Shown here: positions 33,749 through 43,851 of the stretch, in pieces
Position numbering within the stretch: the first letter of the stretch is position 1
How the letters are laid out: each line of letters begins with the position of its first letter
NCBI GenBank assembly: GCA_965220745.1
Contig: CBDCQT010000012.1
Span: 512,001 to 576,000, forward strand
Origin: Alphaproteobacteria bacterium
GTDB taxonomy: Bacteria; Pseudomonadota; Alphaproteobacteria; UBA828
Direction: 5' to 3'
Length of the DNA: 64,000 bases
The notes under the pieces: generated by a model
The model's input: the letters and a program-made list of their open reading frames with translations, nothing else
The model's database searches: none
What the model was told of the DNA's origin: nothing
Program-made: the position numbers and the translations under genes

Positions 33749-34036
33749 ATGGACGTGCGCATCTACAGGCCAGCGAAGACGGCGACTCAGTCGGGCCGGG
33801 CGAAGACCAGCCGCTGGGTGCTGGAGCACGCGCCGCGCGGCCAGCGCGCGGTGGACAGCCTCATGGGCTGGACCGGCTCGGACGACACCACCCAGCAGGT
33901 CACGCTGAGCTTCGCGACCAAGCAGCAGGCGATCGCCTACGCCAAGCGCAAGGGCTTCGCTTACGTGGTGGACGAGCCGCAGTCGCGCCCTATCCGGCCC
34001 AAGTCCTACGCCGACAATTTCATTCGCAAGACCTGA
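33749..34036 (+). CDS. Complex I accessory subunit (NDUFS4-like)
   Basis: RIYRPAKTATQSG, LMGWTGS and KSYADNF. Confidence 0.9.
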   Translation: MDVRIYRPAKTATQSGRAKTSRWVLEHAPRGQRAVDSLMGWTGSDDTTQQVTLSFATKQQAIAYAKRKGFAYVVDEPQSRPIRPKSYADNFIRKT

Positions 34037-34048
34037 GCCCGGCGCCGC

Positions 34049-34966
34049 TCAACCCGCGAAACGGGGCTCGGGGATGCCCCTGATGCCGAGGCCGGTGACC
34101 GCAAACAGGCCGCCGGCGAGGAACTGCGGCTTGGCCTCCACCTGGAACATGTCGTGCACCGCCGGGTGCTGCACGCGGGCCATGGAGGTGACGTAGAGCA
34201 CGTCGAGGTTGTCGCCGCCGAACATCACGCTGGTGACGTTCTTCACCGGCATCCCGATGCGGCGCTCCACCGAGCCGTCGGGCGCATAGCGCACCAGCTC
34301 GCCGCCGATCACCTGCGCGTTCCAGAGGCAGCCTTCCTCGTCCACCGTCGAGCCGTCGGCGACGCCGGCGTCGTCCCTGGTCGAGGCGAACACCCGCTTG
34401 TTGGAGAGCGTGCCGGTCTCGATGTCGTAGTCGTAGGCCCAGAACTCCTCCTGGAAGCTGTCGGCCAGGTAGAAGGTCTTGTCGTCCGGGCTCCAGCACG
34501 GGCCGTTGGTGCAGATGATGCCGCCATCCACCTTGGTGACGCTGAGGTCCGGGTCGAGCCGCCACAGGCCGCAGATGGTGAGCTCCTCCTTGTCGTCCAT
34601 GCCGCCCGCGAAGAAGCGCCCGCGCCGGTCGCACTTGCCGTCGTTGAGCCGGGTGCGCGGCTGCTCGGCATCGACCTTGGTGATCAGCTCCATCTCCGCC
34701 TTGTCGTAGTCGAAGAAATAGAAGCCGTCGTCGAGCGCCATCACCGCGCCGCCGCCGGCACGCAGCGCCATCGCGCCGACATCATGCTCGCCGAGGGTCC
34801 AGTTCTCGACCTTGCCCGTGCGCGGGTCCATGCGCCAAAGCTCGGGCTTGCCGACCCGGCGCCCGGTGCCGTCCACCCAGTAGAGCCGGCCTTCGTCCAC
34901 GTCCCAGACCGGGCCTTCGCCCAGGTGGTTCTCGCAGTCGAGGATGCACTCGATCTTGATGCTCAT
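34049..34966 (-). CDS. SMP-30/gluconolactonase family protein
   Basis: LGEGPVW, RLNDGKCD, NGPCWSPD and DGSTVD. Confidence 0.92.
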   Translation of the reverse strand: MSIKIECILDCENHLGEGPVWDVDEGRLYWVDGTGRRVGKPELWRMDPRTGKVENWTLGEHDVGAMALRAGGGAVMALDDGFYFFDYDKAEMELITKVDAEQPRTRLNDGKCDRRGRFFAGGMDDKEELTICGLWRLDPDLSVTKVDGGIICTNGPCWSPDDKTFYLADSFQEEFWAYDYDIETGTLSNKRVFASTRDDAGVADGSTVDEEGCLWNAQVIGGELVRYAPDGSVERRIGMPVKNVTSVMFGGDNLDVLYVTSMARVQHPAVHDMFQVEAKPQFLAGGLFAVTGLGIRGIPEPRFAG

Positions 34967-35076
34967 GCGCGTCACCCCTTGGTTTGCCCGATGGTGGCGG
35001 CGGGTCGCGCCGCGCGCAAGGCCGCACGCATTGTCACCGCGCCACACGGCCGCTAAGAGGGGGCGGGGAGGACCGC

Positions 35077-35763
35077 ATGACCGCTCACGACATCGACCTC
35101 GCGGCGCTCGGCCGCTACGACACGCCCACCATCTGCAACGCGCTGCTCGCGATCGCGCCGGAGGCGGCGGGGCGCTCGACCAAGGCGACGCTCCACTGCG
35201 CGCGCCCCGATCTGCCGCCGATGGTGGGCTTCGCGCGCACCACGCTCTACCGCACGCTGGAGCCCGGCGGCCTCGACGCCGAGGCCGAGAAGGCGCAGGA
35301 CCTCGCCTGGTTCGACTACGTCGCCGCCGGGCCCGAGCCCCGCATCGTCGTGGTGCAGGATGGCGACACGCCCCACGCCGCCACCAACGCCCTATTCGGC
35401 GAGGTCATGAGCTTCATGCACAGCGCGCTCGGCTGCATCGGCCTCATCACCAACGGCGCCGTCCGCGACGTGGCCGGCATGACCGAGGGCTTCCAGGCGC
35501 TCTACGGCAGCCTCGCACCCAACCGCGCCGACTATCACCGGGTCGCCTTCGACTGCGAGGTCAACGTCTCCGGGCTCTACGCGCGCACCGACACGCTCAT
35601 CCATGCCGACGTGAACGGCGCCGTCGTCGTCCCGCCCGAGCTGGTGCCGCAGATTCTGGAGGCGGCGGTGGAGGTCACCAGGAAGGAGCAGGCGATCATC
35701 GACTTCTGCCGCGACCCCGATGTCACGGCAGACAGCTTCAAGCGCTTCTGGCGCGAAGGCTGA
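35077..35763 (+). CDS. RraA/HMG-aldolase family protein
   Basis: DTPTICNAL, GEVM, TNGAVRD and HADVNG. Confidence 0.85.
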   Translation: MTAHDIDLAALGRYDTPTICNALLAIAPEAAGRSTKATLHCARPDLPPMVGFARTTLYRTLEPGGLDAEAEKAQDLAWFDYVAAGPEPRIVVVQDGDTPHAATNALFGEVMSFMHSALGCIGLITNGAVRDVAGMTEGFQALYGSLAPNRADYHRVAFDCEVNVSGLYARTDTLIHADVNGAVVVPPELVPQILEAAVEVTRKEQAIIDFCRDPDVTADSFKRFWREG

Positions 35764-35769
35764 AGGCCG

Positions 35770-36510
35770 GTGCGAATCCTCCTTCTGCAGAATCACGACA
35801 ACTCCGGGCCGGGTTACCTCGAAGAGCCGGCGGCACGGCGGGGCGTCCAGTTCGAGGCCTGCATGCCGCACCTCAATGCCGACGACCGGCTGCCCGAGGA
35901 CGACTCAGGCTACGACGGCTTCCTCCTCATGGGCGGCGCCATGCACGCGGGCCACGTGGAGGAGCATCCCTGGCTCGAGGACGCGGCGGCGCTGGTGCGG
36001 CGCTTTACCGAGGCGGAGAAACCGGTGCTCGGCGTCTGCCTCGGCTCGCAGATCGTGGCGCGCGCTTTCGGCGGGCGCTGCTACGACGTGGATGTGCCCG
36101 AGGTGGGCTTCGTGCCGATCCGGCTGACGCAGGCGGCGGAGAGCGACCCGCTACTCGGCCAGGGTTTCAACAATCCCGTCCACCTCGCCGAATTCCACAG
36201 CCAGACCTTCGACATTCCCGAGGGCGCCACCCGGCTCATGGTGGGCGAGGAGGTGCCCAACCAGGCTTTCCGCATCGGCGCCGCGACCTATTCCTTCCAG
36301 CCGCATTTCGAGGTGACGCCGGAGATGATGACGCATTGGGTCTCGATCTCCGACGAGATCGTGCCCACCCATTATCCCACGCTGCCCGACGCGCTGCCGC
36401 ACCAGCTGCAGCTCCACCACTACGCCTCGCACGATTTCTGCTACCGCGTGGGCGACGCCTGGCTCGACCTCATCGCCGCACGGGCGCGACGGGATGGGGC
36501 GAGTCGGTAA
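35770..36510 (+). CDS. Class I glutamine amidotransferase-like protein
   Basis: LGVCLGSQ nucleophile motif and QPHFE. Confidence 0.88.
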   Translation: MRILLLQNHDNSGPGYLEEPAARRGVQFEACMPHLNADDRLPEDDSGYDGFLLMGGAMHAGHVEEHPWLEDAAALVRRFTEAEKPVLGVCLGSQIVARAFGGRCYDVDVPEVGFVPIRLTQAAESDPLLGQGFNNPVHLAEFHSQTFDIPEGATRLMVGEEVPNQAFRIGAATYSFQPHFEVTPEMMTHWVSISDEIVPTHYPTLPDALPHQLQLHHYASHDFCYRVGDAWLDLIAARARRDGASR

Positions 36511-36511
36511 C

Positions 36512-36527
36512 GGTGGTGACCCCTACG
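36512..36527 (-). repeat. att site: duplicate of the tRNA-Glu 3' end
   Basis: GGTGGTGACCCCTACG identical to 50433-50448. Confidence 0.8.
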
Positions 36528-36614
36528 ATCTGAGTCGACGCGACGACTGTACGCTGTGCGACCTTGAACCGAGACGCCGGCTCTTGCCTTGGAGGACGAG
36601 CGGCAAGAGTTACG

Positions 36615-36902
36615 CTACGCGGCTTCGACTCGCTCAACCTGTATCGTCTGCTCGAGGTGGCGGGACTGCGCCAGATCGAAGGCCAACTGCATGCCAAGCC
36701 ATGCCTCCGGCGTCGAGCCGAAGGCCTTCGATAGGCGATAGGCCATCTCGATGGAGACCGACGCCTTTTCGTTCACAAGGTTGGAAAGTGTCTGGCGCCC
36801 GACGCCGAGCCGCCTCGCGCCTTCGGTGACGGTGAGACCCAACGGCTTCAGGCAGTCTTCGCGAACGATGGCACCGGGATGGACGGGGTTCTTCATGGCC
36901 AT
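36615..36902 (-). CDS. higA: HigA-family antitoxin
   Basis: PVHPG..IVRED, HTH, AYRLSKAFGSTPEAWLGMQ; AGGAG SD. Confidence 0.9.
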   Translation of the reverse strand: MAMKNPVHPGAIVREDCLKPLGLTVTEGARRLGVGRQTLSNLVNEKASVSIEMAYRLSKAFGSTPEAWLGMQLAFDLAQSRHLEQTIQVERVEAA

Positions 36903-36913
36903 CGTAGTGTCTC

Positions 36914-37022
36914 CTAGTGGTAGTCCAGGTAGTCGACATCCACGGCGTGTCTGTCCTCGAACCGGAACGTCACTCGCCAGTTGGCGGAGACGGATACGGC
37001 ATAATGCCTCTGCAGGCGACCG
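36914..37022 (-). pseudogene. higB: HigB/RelE toxin, C-terminal remnant
   Basis: Own translation GRLQRHYAVSVSANWRVTFRFEDRHAVDVDYLDYH*, directly upstream of higA; N-terminal half missing. Confidence 0.8.
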
Positions 37023-37038
37023 ATTTGACCCCCGCGGC

Positions 37039-37981
37039 TCATGCGTCTTCCTCAAAATTCGCGTGGGCGAGTGTCGCAGCCCCGAGATCGGCAAGCGCGG
37101 AGCCGGAGGACTTGAAGAGCGTGATTTCCTGTTCGTCGCCGCGGCCGGCGACGGTTCCCCGGCAGAGGCCCGTCAGGTCGCCCGCGATCCGCTCCTCCGT
37201 CAGCGCGCCGGACCGGATCGGCCCGATGATGTCGCCGCTCTCTTTCAAGGCTCCCTCCGTATCGATGTAGACGCGCGCGGCGCACCGCCGCGTCGTCGGC
37301 TTCGCGCATGTGGGGCCTGAAGCTCCCGATCAGGTCGAGATGCTGTCCAGGCCTGAGCCACGCGCCCGCGATCAGTGGGTCGATTGCCAGCGTCGCGCAG
37401 CTGATGATGTCGGCGTCCGCCACCGCAGCCTCGAGATCCGTCGCGGCCGCGGCACGAAACCCCGCGCCGTTCAGCCTTCGCGCCAGCCGTTCGGCATTCT
37501 CCGCATTGATGTTCCAGACCGTGACATCCTCGATCGGACGCACGGCACGAAACGCATCCGCCAGGTTGGCGGCGACCCGCCCGGCGCCGACCACCAGCAG
37601 CCGGCGCGCGTCCGCGGGCGCCAGGTGGCTCGCCGCCAGTGCGGCGGTGGCGGCGGTGCGCCGGTCGGTGAGTTCGCCGCCGTCCAGCGCCGCCAGGTGC
37701 CGCCCGGTCTTCGCATCGAAGAGAAGATAGGACGAGGACACCGAGGGGACTCCGGCGGCCGCGTTGCCCGGATTGACGTTCACGATCTTGACCCCGCCCA
37801 GGCCCGCCGGGTTCCACGCGGGCATCAGGAGCAGCGCCGCGTCCGGCTGCCCGTCAAGCGCGATGGCGTGGTGATGCCGCAAGGGCGCGGCGGCGCCGGC
37901 CCGGAACATCTCCCGCAGCGCCTCGATCAGCGCGCCGAACGGCAGCAGGTCTCGGGTCTCTTCGGCACTGAAGACACGCAT
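37039..37981 (-). pseudogene. Ornithine cyclodeaminase / mu-crystallin family, frameshifted
   Basis: LLMPAW, GVKIVNV, ELTDRRTAA and GAGRVA in one frame; VYIDTEGALKESGD...FKSSG.ALAD in another; shift in a CG run near 37271-37279. Confidence 0.85.
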
Positions 37982-38009
37982 GGTTACCTTCCTCGATTTC
38001 GTAGCGGGG
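37930..38009. repeat. 80-bp direct repeat (ocd 5' end plus leader), copy 1
   Basis: 75/80 identical to 49501-49580 by manual alignment. Confidence 0.9.
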
Positions 38010-38190
38010 CAATGCAGCCTTTCGGGCCGGTGCTCCCCACCGGCCGGCGTGGCCCTGCGGCGGAAGTCACGTCCGGGATTCTATGACACCGTCCTCGTTG
38101 ATGCAGCGCGCGGCGCCGGGACCAGGCGGTCCTAGCCCGCACGCCCGCGCGGGATTCGACGTTGGGCCTTGCAGTGCTACCCAGTAGCCG

Positions 38191-39705
38191 TCACGGCACC
38201 ATCGGACCGGCCCACCGATTGAGGCCAACGTCGTCGTCCGCAACGCGCAAGTGCATTTCGCGCCAATATGGCAGCAGCCTGTCGGCGTCTTCGGCCACCC
38301 GGGCGAGATCCTGCCGGAACCCGGCAGAGAGGTGACGCACTTCCTCCTTGACCCACTCCTCGTCCACCGTGAGCACATTCCCGTTCTCAACGACAACCTC
38401 GCCGCCCACCATCGTGAGGACGACGGACGAGCCGTTCTCGCTGTAAATCAGTTGCCGTCGCAAGTCGTTGAGCGGCGTAAAGGCCGTTGTGTTGAGATCC
38501 AGCAGAATCAGATCGGCCTGGTAGCCTGGCGCCAGCATTCCAAGCTCGTCCTGGAGGCACATGCCGCGGGCTCCGCCACGAGTCAAAGACCACAGAAGCT
38601 CGGATGCCTTGGGCCACTTCAGCCAATCCGGCTCCGAAATTCTGTGCATCACACCGGCGGTTTTCGCTACACCCCAGAGATTGAAGGTGCCATCCACCGC
38701 CATGTCATCTATTCCGAGGCCAATGGGAATTCCTCTGTCCCAAAGGCGCCGATAAGGCATGACACCGCTACCGATCCACAGGTTGCTTACAGGATTGTGA
38801 ACCACCGAGCAGCCGCAGTCCGCGATGGCATCAATGTCGTGTTCATCCGCCCAGATGGCGTGAATGATCATGACATGTTCATCCAGGCATCCGAGATCCC
38901 TCGCATATTGGAAGAACGACTTTCCATGTTTATGGAGTGCCAGAACTCTTTGGTACTTCTGTTCGCCGATATGCATGTCAAACGCCAATCCATGCTTCCG
39001 GCTCAAACGGGAGAGCGCCCTGAAGTAATCGGAAGTTACGCGTTCCGGGGTAGATATTGACACCGCGGCACGCAAGCGGCCGCCTCCAGCACCGTGCCAC
39101 CGCTCAATATAGCGATCGTAAAGCCCTAACAGGTGGTCCGGTGAAATTGCTGCGGCAGACTCGTCCATTCGCTGCCGAATCTCGTTGGGCAGCATGTCTT
39201 TAACGTACGGATACTTCTCGTATTCTGGAACGATGGGGTAGGCGATCGTCGCCGTTGCACGCATTCCGGAATCCAGATAGGCCTGCATGGTACCGTCAAT
39301 TGAAGCCTCCGTCGGAACCGGCGCGTAATGCGGGTCGTCGTGAACGGCCGTGATGCCGTTCTTCAGCATTTCGATGGCGCCCCAAAGTACGCGTACGTAA
39401 TGGAGATGCCGGTCCGGCGGCTCCGTGCTTCCGTACCCGTAAAGCATGAGCACGGAGAGCGGTACGTCCAGATCCACACCGCGCATCAGATTGCTTCCGG
39501 AGTGGAGATGTCCGTTGACAAGGCCCGGCATGGCGAGGAGCCCTTCGGCATCGATCACACGCAGATCGCGCTCGCTCTCGGAAGGACGGATATCGGGTTC
39601 AAGTGCCTCGATCTTCGTCCCGCGGACAAGAATGTCGGCCCGTTCAAACTCGGTGTCGTGGTCATCCATTGTGAGCACGCGCGCATTCTTGATGAGTACC
39701 GCCAT
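38191..39705 (-). CDS. Metal-dependent amidohydrolase (SsnA/AtzA/MTA-deaminase-like)
   Basis: PGLVNGHLH, MHIGE, IHAIW, HNPVSN, GIDD and ADLILL. Confidence 0.9.
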   Translation of the reverse strand: MAVLIKNARVLTMDDHDTEFERADILVRGTKIEALEPDIRPSESERDLRVIDAEGLLAMPGLVNGHLHSGSNLMRGVDLDVPLSVLMLYGYGSTEPPDRHLHYVRVLWGAIEMLKNGITAVHDDPHYAPVPTEASIDGTMQAYLDSGMRATATIAYPIVPEYEKYPYVKDMLPNEIRQRMDESAAAISPDHLLGLYDRYIERWHGAGGGRLRAAVSISTPERVTSDYFRALSRLSRKHGLAFDMHIGEQKYQRVLALHKHGKSFFQYARDLGCLDEHVMIIHAIWADEHDIDAIADCGCSVVHNPVSNLWIGSGVMPYRRLWDRGIPIGLGIDDMAVDGTFNLWGVAKTAGVMHRISEPDWLKWPKASELLWSLTRGGARGMCLQDELGMLAPGYQADLILLDLNTTAFTPLNDLRRQLIYSENGSSVVLTMVGGEVVVENGNVLTVDEEWVKEEVRHLSAGFRQDLARVAEDADRLLPYWREMHLRVADDDVGLNRWAGPMVP

Positions 39706-39737
39706 GGCGTCGTCTCCCCTTCGACCGAGCCCGAATC

Positions 39738-39823
39738 GAGGCTATCACGAATGTTGCCGGGATAATCTGCACATCATGCTGGGCGTCCCGCCGCGAGATA
39801 TCCGGGTCGAGATCGGACGCTGA
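39738..39823 (+). pseudogene. Internally deleted remnant of a DUF1989 gene
   Basis: RGYHECCRDNLHIMLG joined to RDIRVEIGR*, matching EGYHESCQENLHLALD and TDIRVEVGR* of 1190-1801. Confidence 0.6.
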
Positions 39824-39967
39824 GCGACGGGAGACGGTGCGCACCTGATGACCGACGAGGGCGGAATACCCGGCTCGAATAAGGGGCGGCGAATTGCGTA
39901 GGCGCTTCACCCCAACTCACTGTAGAGTCGCACGCTTGAAGCCGTTCGACCGTGCTGGAGCGCAGTC

Positions 39968-41014
39968 ATGGGCAGGACGGGTGCCGAGCCGCAACGATGG
40001 GACGCGACAAGTCCCGCCCGGTCCGGAGATGCCGTCCTTTCGGTCGAGCGTCTGAGGACCTATTTCGACACGCCGGCCGGCGTGGTGAAGGCGGTCGACG
40101 ACGTCTCCTTCAGCTTGAACCGCGGGGACATTCTCGCCATCGTCGGCGAGTCCGGTTCGGGCAAGAGCGTCACCGCCCAGTCCATCATGAAGCTGGTCGC
40201 CATGCCGCCTGGCCGATACGCAAGCGGCCAGGTAGTCCTGGACGGAATCGATCTCCTGTCGCAGAGCGAAAGGGCGCTCGGCGCGATACGCGGCAAGCGC
40301 ATTTCGATGATTTTTCAGAACCCGCGTGCCGCGCTCAACCCTGCCTTTACCGTCTCGACGCTGATGGTAGAGACGCTGCGCCGCCACGATTCTTCGCTCT
40401 CGAAGACGGAGGCGGTCAAGCGCGCCGCGGCGCTCTTGCGCGCGGTCGATTTTCCCGATCCCGAGCGTGTTGCCGCGAGCTATCCCCATCAGATGAGCGG
40501 TGGCATGTGCCAGCGGGTAGGCGTGGCGCTGAGCATGGCCTGCGAGCCGGAAGTGCTCATCGCCGACGAGCCGACAACCGCCCTCGACGTTCTGGTGCAA
40601 GCGACGATTCTTCTTCTCCTGAAGCGCGCGCATGCGGAGCGCGGACTCTCGATCATTCTGATCACCCACGACTTCGGCGTCCTGCGGGCGCTGGCCACCC
40701 GAGTCATCGTCATGTACGCCGGGCAGATACAGGAGCAGGGCCGGGTCGACGACGTTCTCGCCAATCCGCAGCACCCGTACACGAAAGCGCTGATCCAGGC
40801 GGTGCCCGATCCGGATAGCACCGACCAACGGCTTCACCAGATCGAAGGCCAGCCGCCCGATCTGCTGAACCTGCCCGCCGGCTGCAGCTTCGCCGATCGC
40901 TGCGCCTTCGTCATGCCCAAGTGTCGGAGCGAGCGCCCGGAACTCTACGAGGCCGCAGCGGGGACCGACGTTCGCTGTCACTTGTTCGGGCCGGAAGCGA
41001 GCGCGCACCAGTGA
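39968..41014 (+). CDS. Oligopeptide/dipeptide ABC ATP-binding subunit (DppD-like)
   Basis: GESGSGKS, MSGGMCQR, DEPTTALD and HPYT. Confidence 0.93.
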   Translation: MGRTGAEPQRWDATSPARSGDAVLSVERLRTYFDTPAGVVKAVDDVSFSLNRGDILAIVGESGSGKSVTAQSIMKLVAMPPGRYASGQVVLDGIDLLSQSERALGAIRGKRISMIFQNPRAALNPAFTVSTLMVETLRRHDSSLSKTEAVKRAAALLRAVDFPDPERVAASYPHQMSGGMCQRVGVALSMACEPEVLIADEPTTALDVLVQATILLLLKRAHAERGLSIILITHDFGVLRALATRVIVMYAGQIQEQGRVDDVLANPQHPYTKALIQAVPDPDSTDQRLHQIEGQPPDLLNLPAGCSFADRCAFVMPKCRSERPELYEAAAGTDVRCHLFGPEASAHQ

Positions 41015-42120
41015 GCGAACCCCTCATCAAGGTGCGCGGCCTGCGCAAGGCCTTCCCCGTGCGAGAGGGAACAGTCCTGCGCAAGAAGGTCGGCGAGATC
41101 GTGGCTGTGGACGACATCAGCTTCGATGTCTTCGAGGGCGAGACTCTGGGCTGCGTCGGCGGCTCAGGCTCGGGGAAGTCCACTCTAGGGCGGCTGATTC
41201 TCAACCTGATCCGCGCCGATGTGGGAAGCGTCCAATTCGGCGATGCCGATCTGGTCGGCCTCTCCCCGGCTGAGATGCGTCCCTATAGGAAGGATTTGCA
41301 GATCGTCTTCCAGGACCCCCTGCACACGCTCAACCCGCGGCGCACGGTTGCGGAGAACGTCACGCGCTCGATGCTCAACTTCGATATCCCGCGCCAGGAG
41401 GCCAGGGAGCGGGTCCAGTACCTCTTCGACATCGTCGGCCTCAACCCGGCGCATACCAATCGCTATCCGCACGAGTTCAGTGGAGGGCAGTGTCAGCGCA
41501 TCGGCATCGCCCGCGCGCTGGCTCTCGAGCCGCGCTTTCTCTTTCTGGACGAGCCGGTCTCGGCGCTCGATGTCTCGATTCAGGGGCAGATCCTCAATCT
41601 GTTGAAGGAGCTGCAAGAGACCCTTCAGTTGACTTATCTCTTCGTCTCTCACGACCTGAAGCTGGTGAAGAATTTCTCCGACCGCATTCTCGTTCTTTAC
41701 CACGGCCGCGCCGTCGAAATCGGTGGCAGCGACGAGGTCTATCATCAGCCGAAGCATCCCTACACCAGGACGCTCCTCGATGCGGTGCTGGGCCTCAAGA
41801 AGGACGACGCCTGGGAGAGGGTCGCAAGCCAAACCGGCGTGCTTGCCGACGACGAAGACCTTGAGAGCGCCATGCGCGCCTCTGCGGCGGCAAGAACCGG
41901 CTGCATCTATTCCGGCACCTGCACGGAGCGCTTCGAACCGTGTGCCACGCAGATGCCCGAGCTACGGGAAATCGAGGCGAGCCACGCCGTAGCCTGTCAT
42001 CTTTACGAGGGCTCGAAGAAAGACTGGAACGCGTCGGCGGCCGCCGGGGACGCACGACGTGAACGCGAACACGCTCTCCGGCAGGCGCGCGACGAGAATG
42101 CGCGCCAACTCATGACATAA
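41011..42120 (+). CDS. Oligopeptide/dipeptide ABC ATP-binding subunit (DppF-like)
   Basis: GSGSGKST, FSGGQCQR and DEPVSALD; GTG overlaps the upstream TGA. Confidence 0.92.
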   Translation: MSEPLIKVRGLRKAFPVREGTVLRKKVGEIVAVDDISFDVFEGETLGCVGGSGSGKSTLGRLILNLIRADVGSVQFGDADLVGLSPAEMRPYRKDLQIVFQDPLHTLNPRRTVAENVTRSMLNFDIPRQEARERVQYLFDIVGLNPAHTNRYPHEFSGGQCQRIGIARALALEPRFLFLDEPVSALDVSIQGQILNLLKELQETLQLTYLFVSHDLKLVKNFSDRILVLYHGRAVEIGGSDEVYHQPKHPYTRTLLDAVLGLKKDDAWERVASQTGVLADDEDLESAMRASAAARTGCIYSGTCTERFEPCATQMPELREIEASHAVACHLYEGSKKDWNASAAAGDARREREHALRQARDENARQLMT

Positions 42121-42137
42121 AGAGGGAGGACAAGATC

Positions 42138-43781
42138 ATGAAAGGGTGGCTTAAAGGTATGGGCCGGGTGAGCCCGACGTGGCTGTGTCGTCACGCCGTG
42201 GGAATCCTCGCCTTGGTGGCGCTTGCCGCGGGGTCGCTGATCGTGGCGGACAAGCCGGCGCAGGCGCAGGACAAGACCATCGTTCTTGCCGTGGAAGGCG
42301 AGCCCAGTCGTCTCGATCCCCATACACATGTGTTGTGGCTCACCTATCGCGAAACGTTCCACATTTACGAAAGCTTCGTGCAGCAAGACCTGACCATCAA
42401 GGACGTCGATCGTCCGCCGGTCATTCCCGCTCTTGCCACGAGCTGGGACATCTCCGAGGACAAGCTGCAATACACGTTCCATCTGCGCCAGGGGGTCACC
42501 TTCCACGACGGAACGCCGTGGAACGCCGATGTCGCGAAGTTCAATTTCGATCGGGTCCTCGACAAGGACTTCGAGCACTTCTATCCGCTGGCCAACGCCT
42601 TCAACGGCTGGTGGCACGGCGATATCGAGAGCTACGAAGTCGTCGACGAGTACACGTTCCGGGTCAACATGAAGCAGCCGAATTCCGAGTTCATCCGGCG
42701 GCTCTCGCAGGGCGGTTTCGGCTCCTCGGGCATGATCAGCCCCAAGGTCGTGGAGACCCACGGCAACGAGGAGGCGCATCTGCACGGCGTCGGCACCGGC
42801 CCGTTCAAGCTGACGGAGCGTGTCTTCGGCGAAAAGATCGTGATGGAGCGCAACGCCGACTATTGGGACCCCAATCGGATTCCCAGGGTCGACAGGCTCA
42901 TCATTCGTGGCATCCCCGATGTCGCGACCCGCGAGCTTGCGCTTCTCACCGGCGAGGTCGATATCATTGCCACGCCGTCTCCGGACTCGACGGACTTTCT
43001 CGCGTCGCAGGGCATGGTCGTCGACATGGCGCCGATCACGACGATCTACAACCTGTGGGTCAACACGCGGCTGAAGCCGCTCGATGATCCTCGTGTCCGG
43101 CGGGCGCTCTACATGGCGATCGACCGTGAGGGTCTGTGCAAATACTTGAGACGTGGCCAATGCTCACCCGCCTACAGCATCTTGAACTATGGCGGACCGG
43201 GCCACGATCCCGACTACCAGCCCTTCCCCTATGACCCGGCCAGGGCCAAGGAGCTGCTGGCGGAGGCCGGTTATCCGGACGGCTTCGACGTGCGCGTCGA
43301 TTGGACGCCGGGCGGCGCCGGCGACGTCAACACCGTGGCCGATGCCGAATGGATTCAGCGTGACTGGGCCCGTATCGGCGTCAATCTGAGCATCGAGCTC
43401 TTCGAGATCAGCACCTACATGGACACGATGTCCCAGGGCATGCGTGAGGGCACCGGCTTCATGCAGCTCTCCTGGGGTGAGAGCGCGTTCCATTGGCTCG
43501 ACGCCGTCATCTCGCCGGCAGCCTTGCCGCCCAACGGCTTCAATGCCGGGTATTACGACAACCCGAGGATCGGTGAGCTGCTTTCCATGGCGCGGGCTGC
43601 GCTGACCGAAGAAGAGATGGTGGCCCACCTCAGGGAGATCCAACGGATCGTCATCGAGGAAGACACGGCCTTTATTCCCACCCACAGCCCGTGGGGAGTC
43701 TACGCCATGCGGCCCAATCTCAAGGGCTTCGTGCTTGCACCGCAGCACTGGCACGACATGGCGATTGTCGACAAAGAATAA
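42138..43781 (+). CDS. ABC substrate-binding protein, family 5
   Basis: Signal peptide, LATSWDIS, LRQGVTFHDG, GTGPF and AKELLAEAGYPDG. Confidence 0.93.
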   Translation: MKGWLKGMGRVSPTWLCRHAVGILALVALAAGSLIVADKPAQAQDKTIVLAVEGEPSRLDPHTHVLWLTYRETFHIYESFVQQDLTIKDVDRPPVIPALATSWDISEDKLQYTFHLRQGVTFHDGTPWNADVAKFNFDRVLDKDFEHFYPLANAFNGWWHGDIESYEVVDEYTFRVNMKQPNSEFIRRLSQGGFGSSGMISPKVVETHGNEEAHLHGVGTGPFKLTERVFGEKIVMERNADYWDPNRIPRVDRLIIRGIPDVATRELALLTGEVDIIATPSPDSTDFLASQGMVVDMAPITTIYNLWVNTRLKPLDDPRVRRALYMAIDREGLCKYLRRGQCSPAYSILNYGGPGHDPDYQPFPYDPARAKELLAEAGYPDGFDVRVDWTPGGAGDVNTVADAEWIQRDWARIGVNLSIELFEISTYMDTMSQGMREGTGFMQLSWGESAFHWLDAVISPAALPPNGFNAGYYDNPRIGELLSMARAALTEEEMVAHLREIQRIVIEEDTAFIPTHSPWGVYAMRPNLKGFVLAPQHWHDMAIVDKE

Positions 43782-43790
43782 ACAATAAGG

Positions 43791-43830
43791 TGGGGCGGTC
43801 TCGCCGGCGATTTCCTGCCGGCGGGGCCGC
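43791..43830 (+). promoter_or_regulatory. Intercistronic hairpin after the SBP gene
   Basis: GCGGTCTCGCCGGC...GCCGGCGGGGCCGC stem between SBP and permease; position fits an mRNA-stabilising or attenuating stem. Confidence 0.45.
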
Positions 43831-43851
43831 TACTGCCCCTCCGAGCCGACC

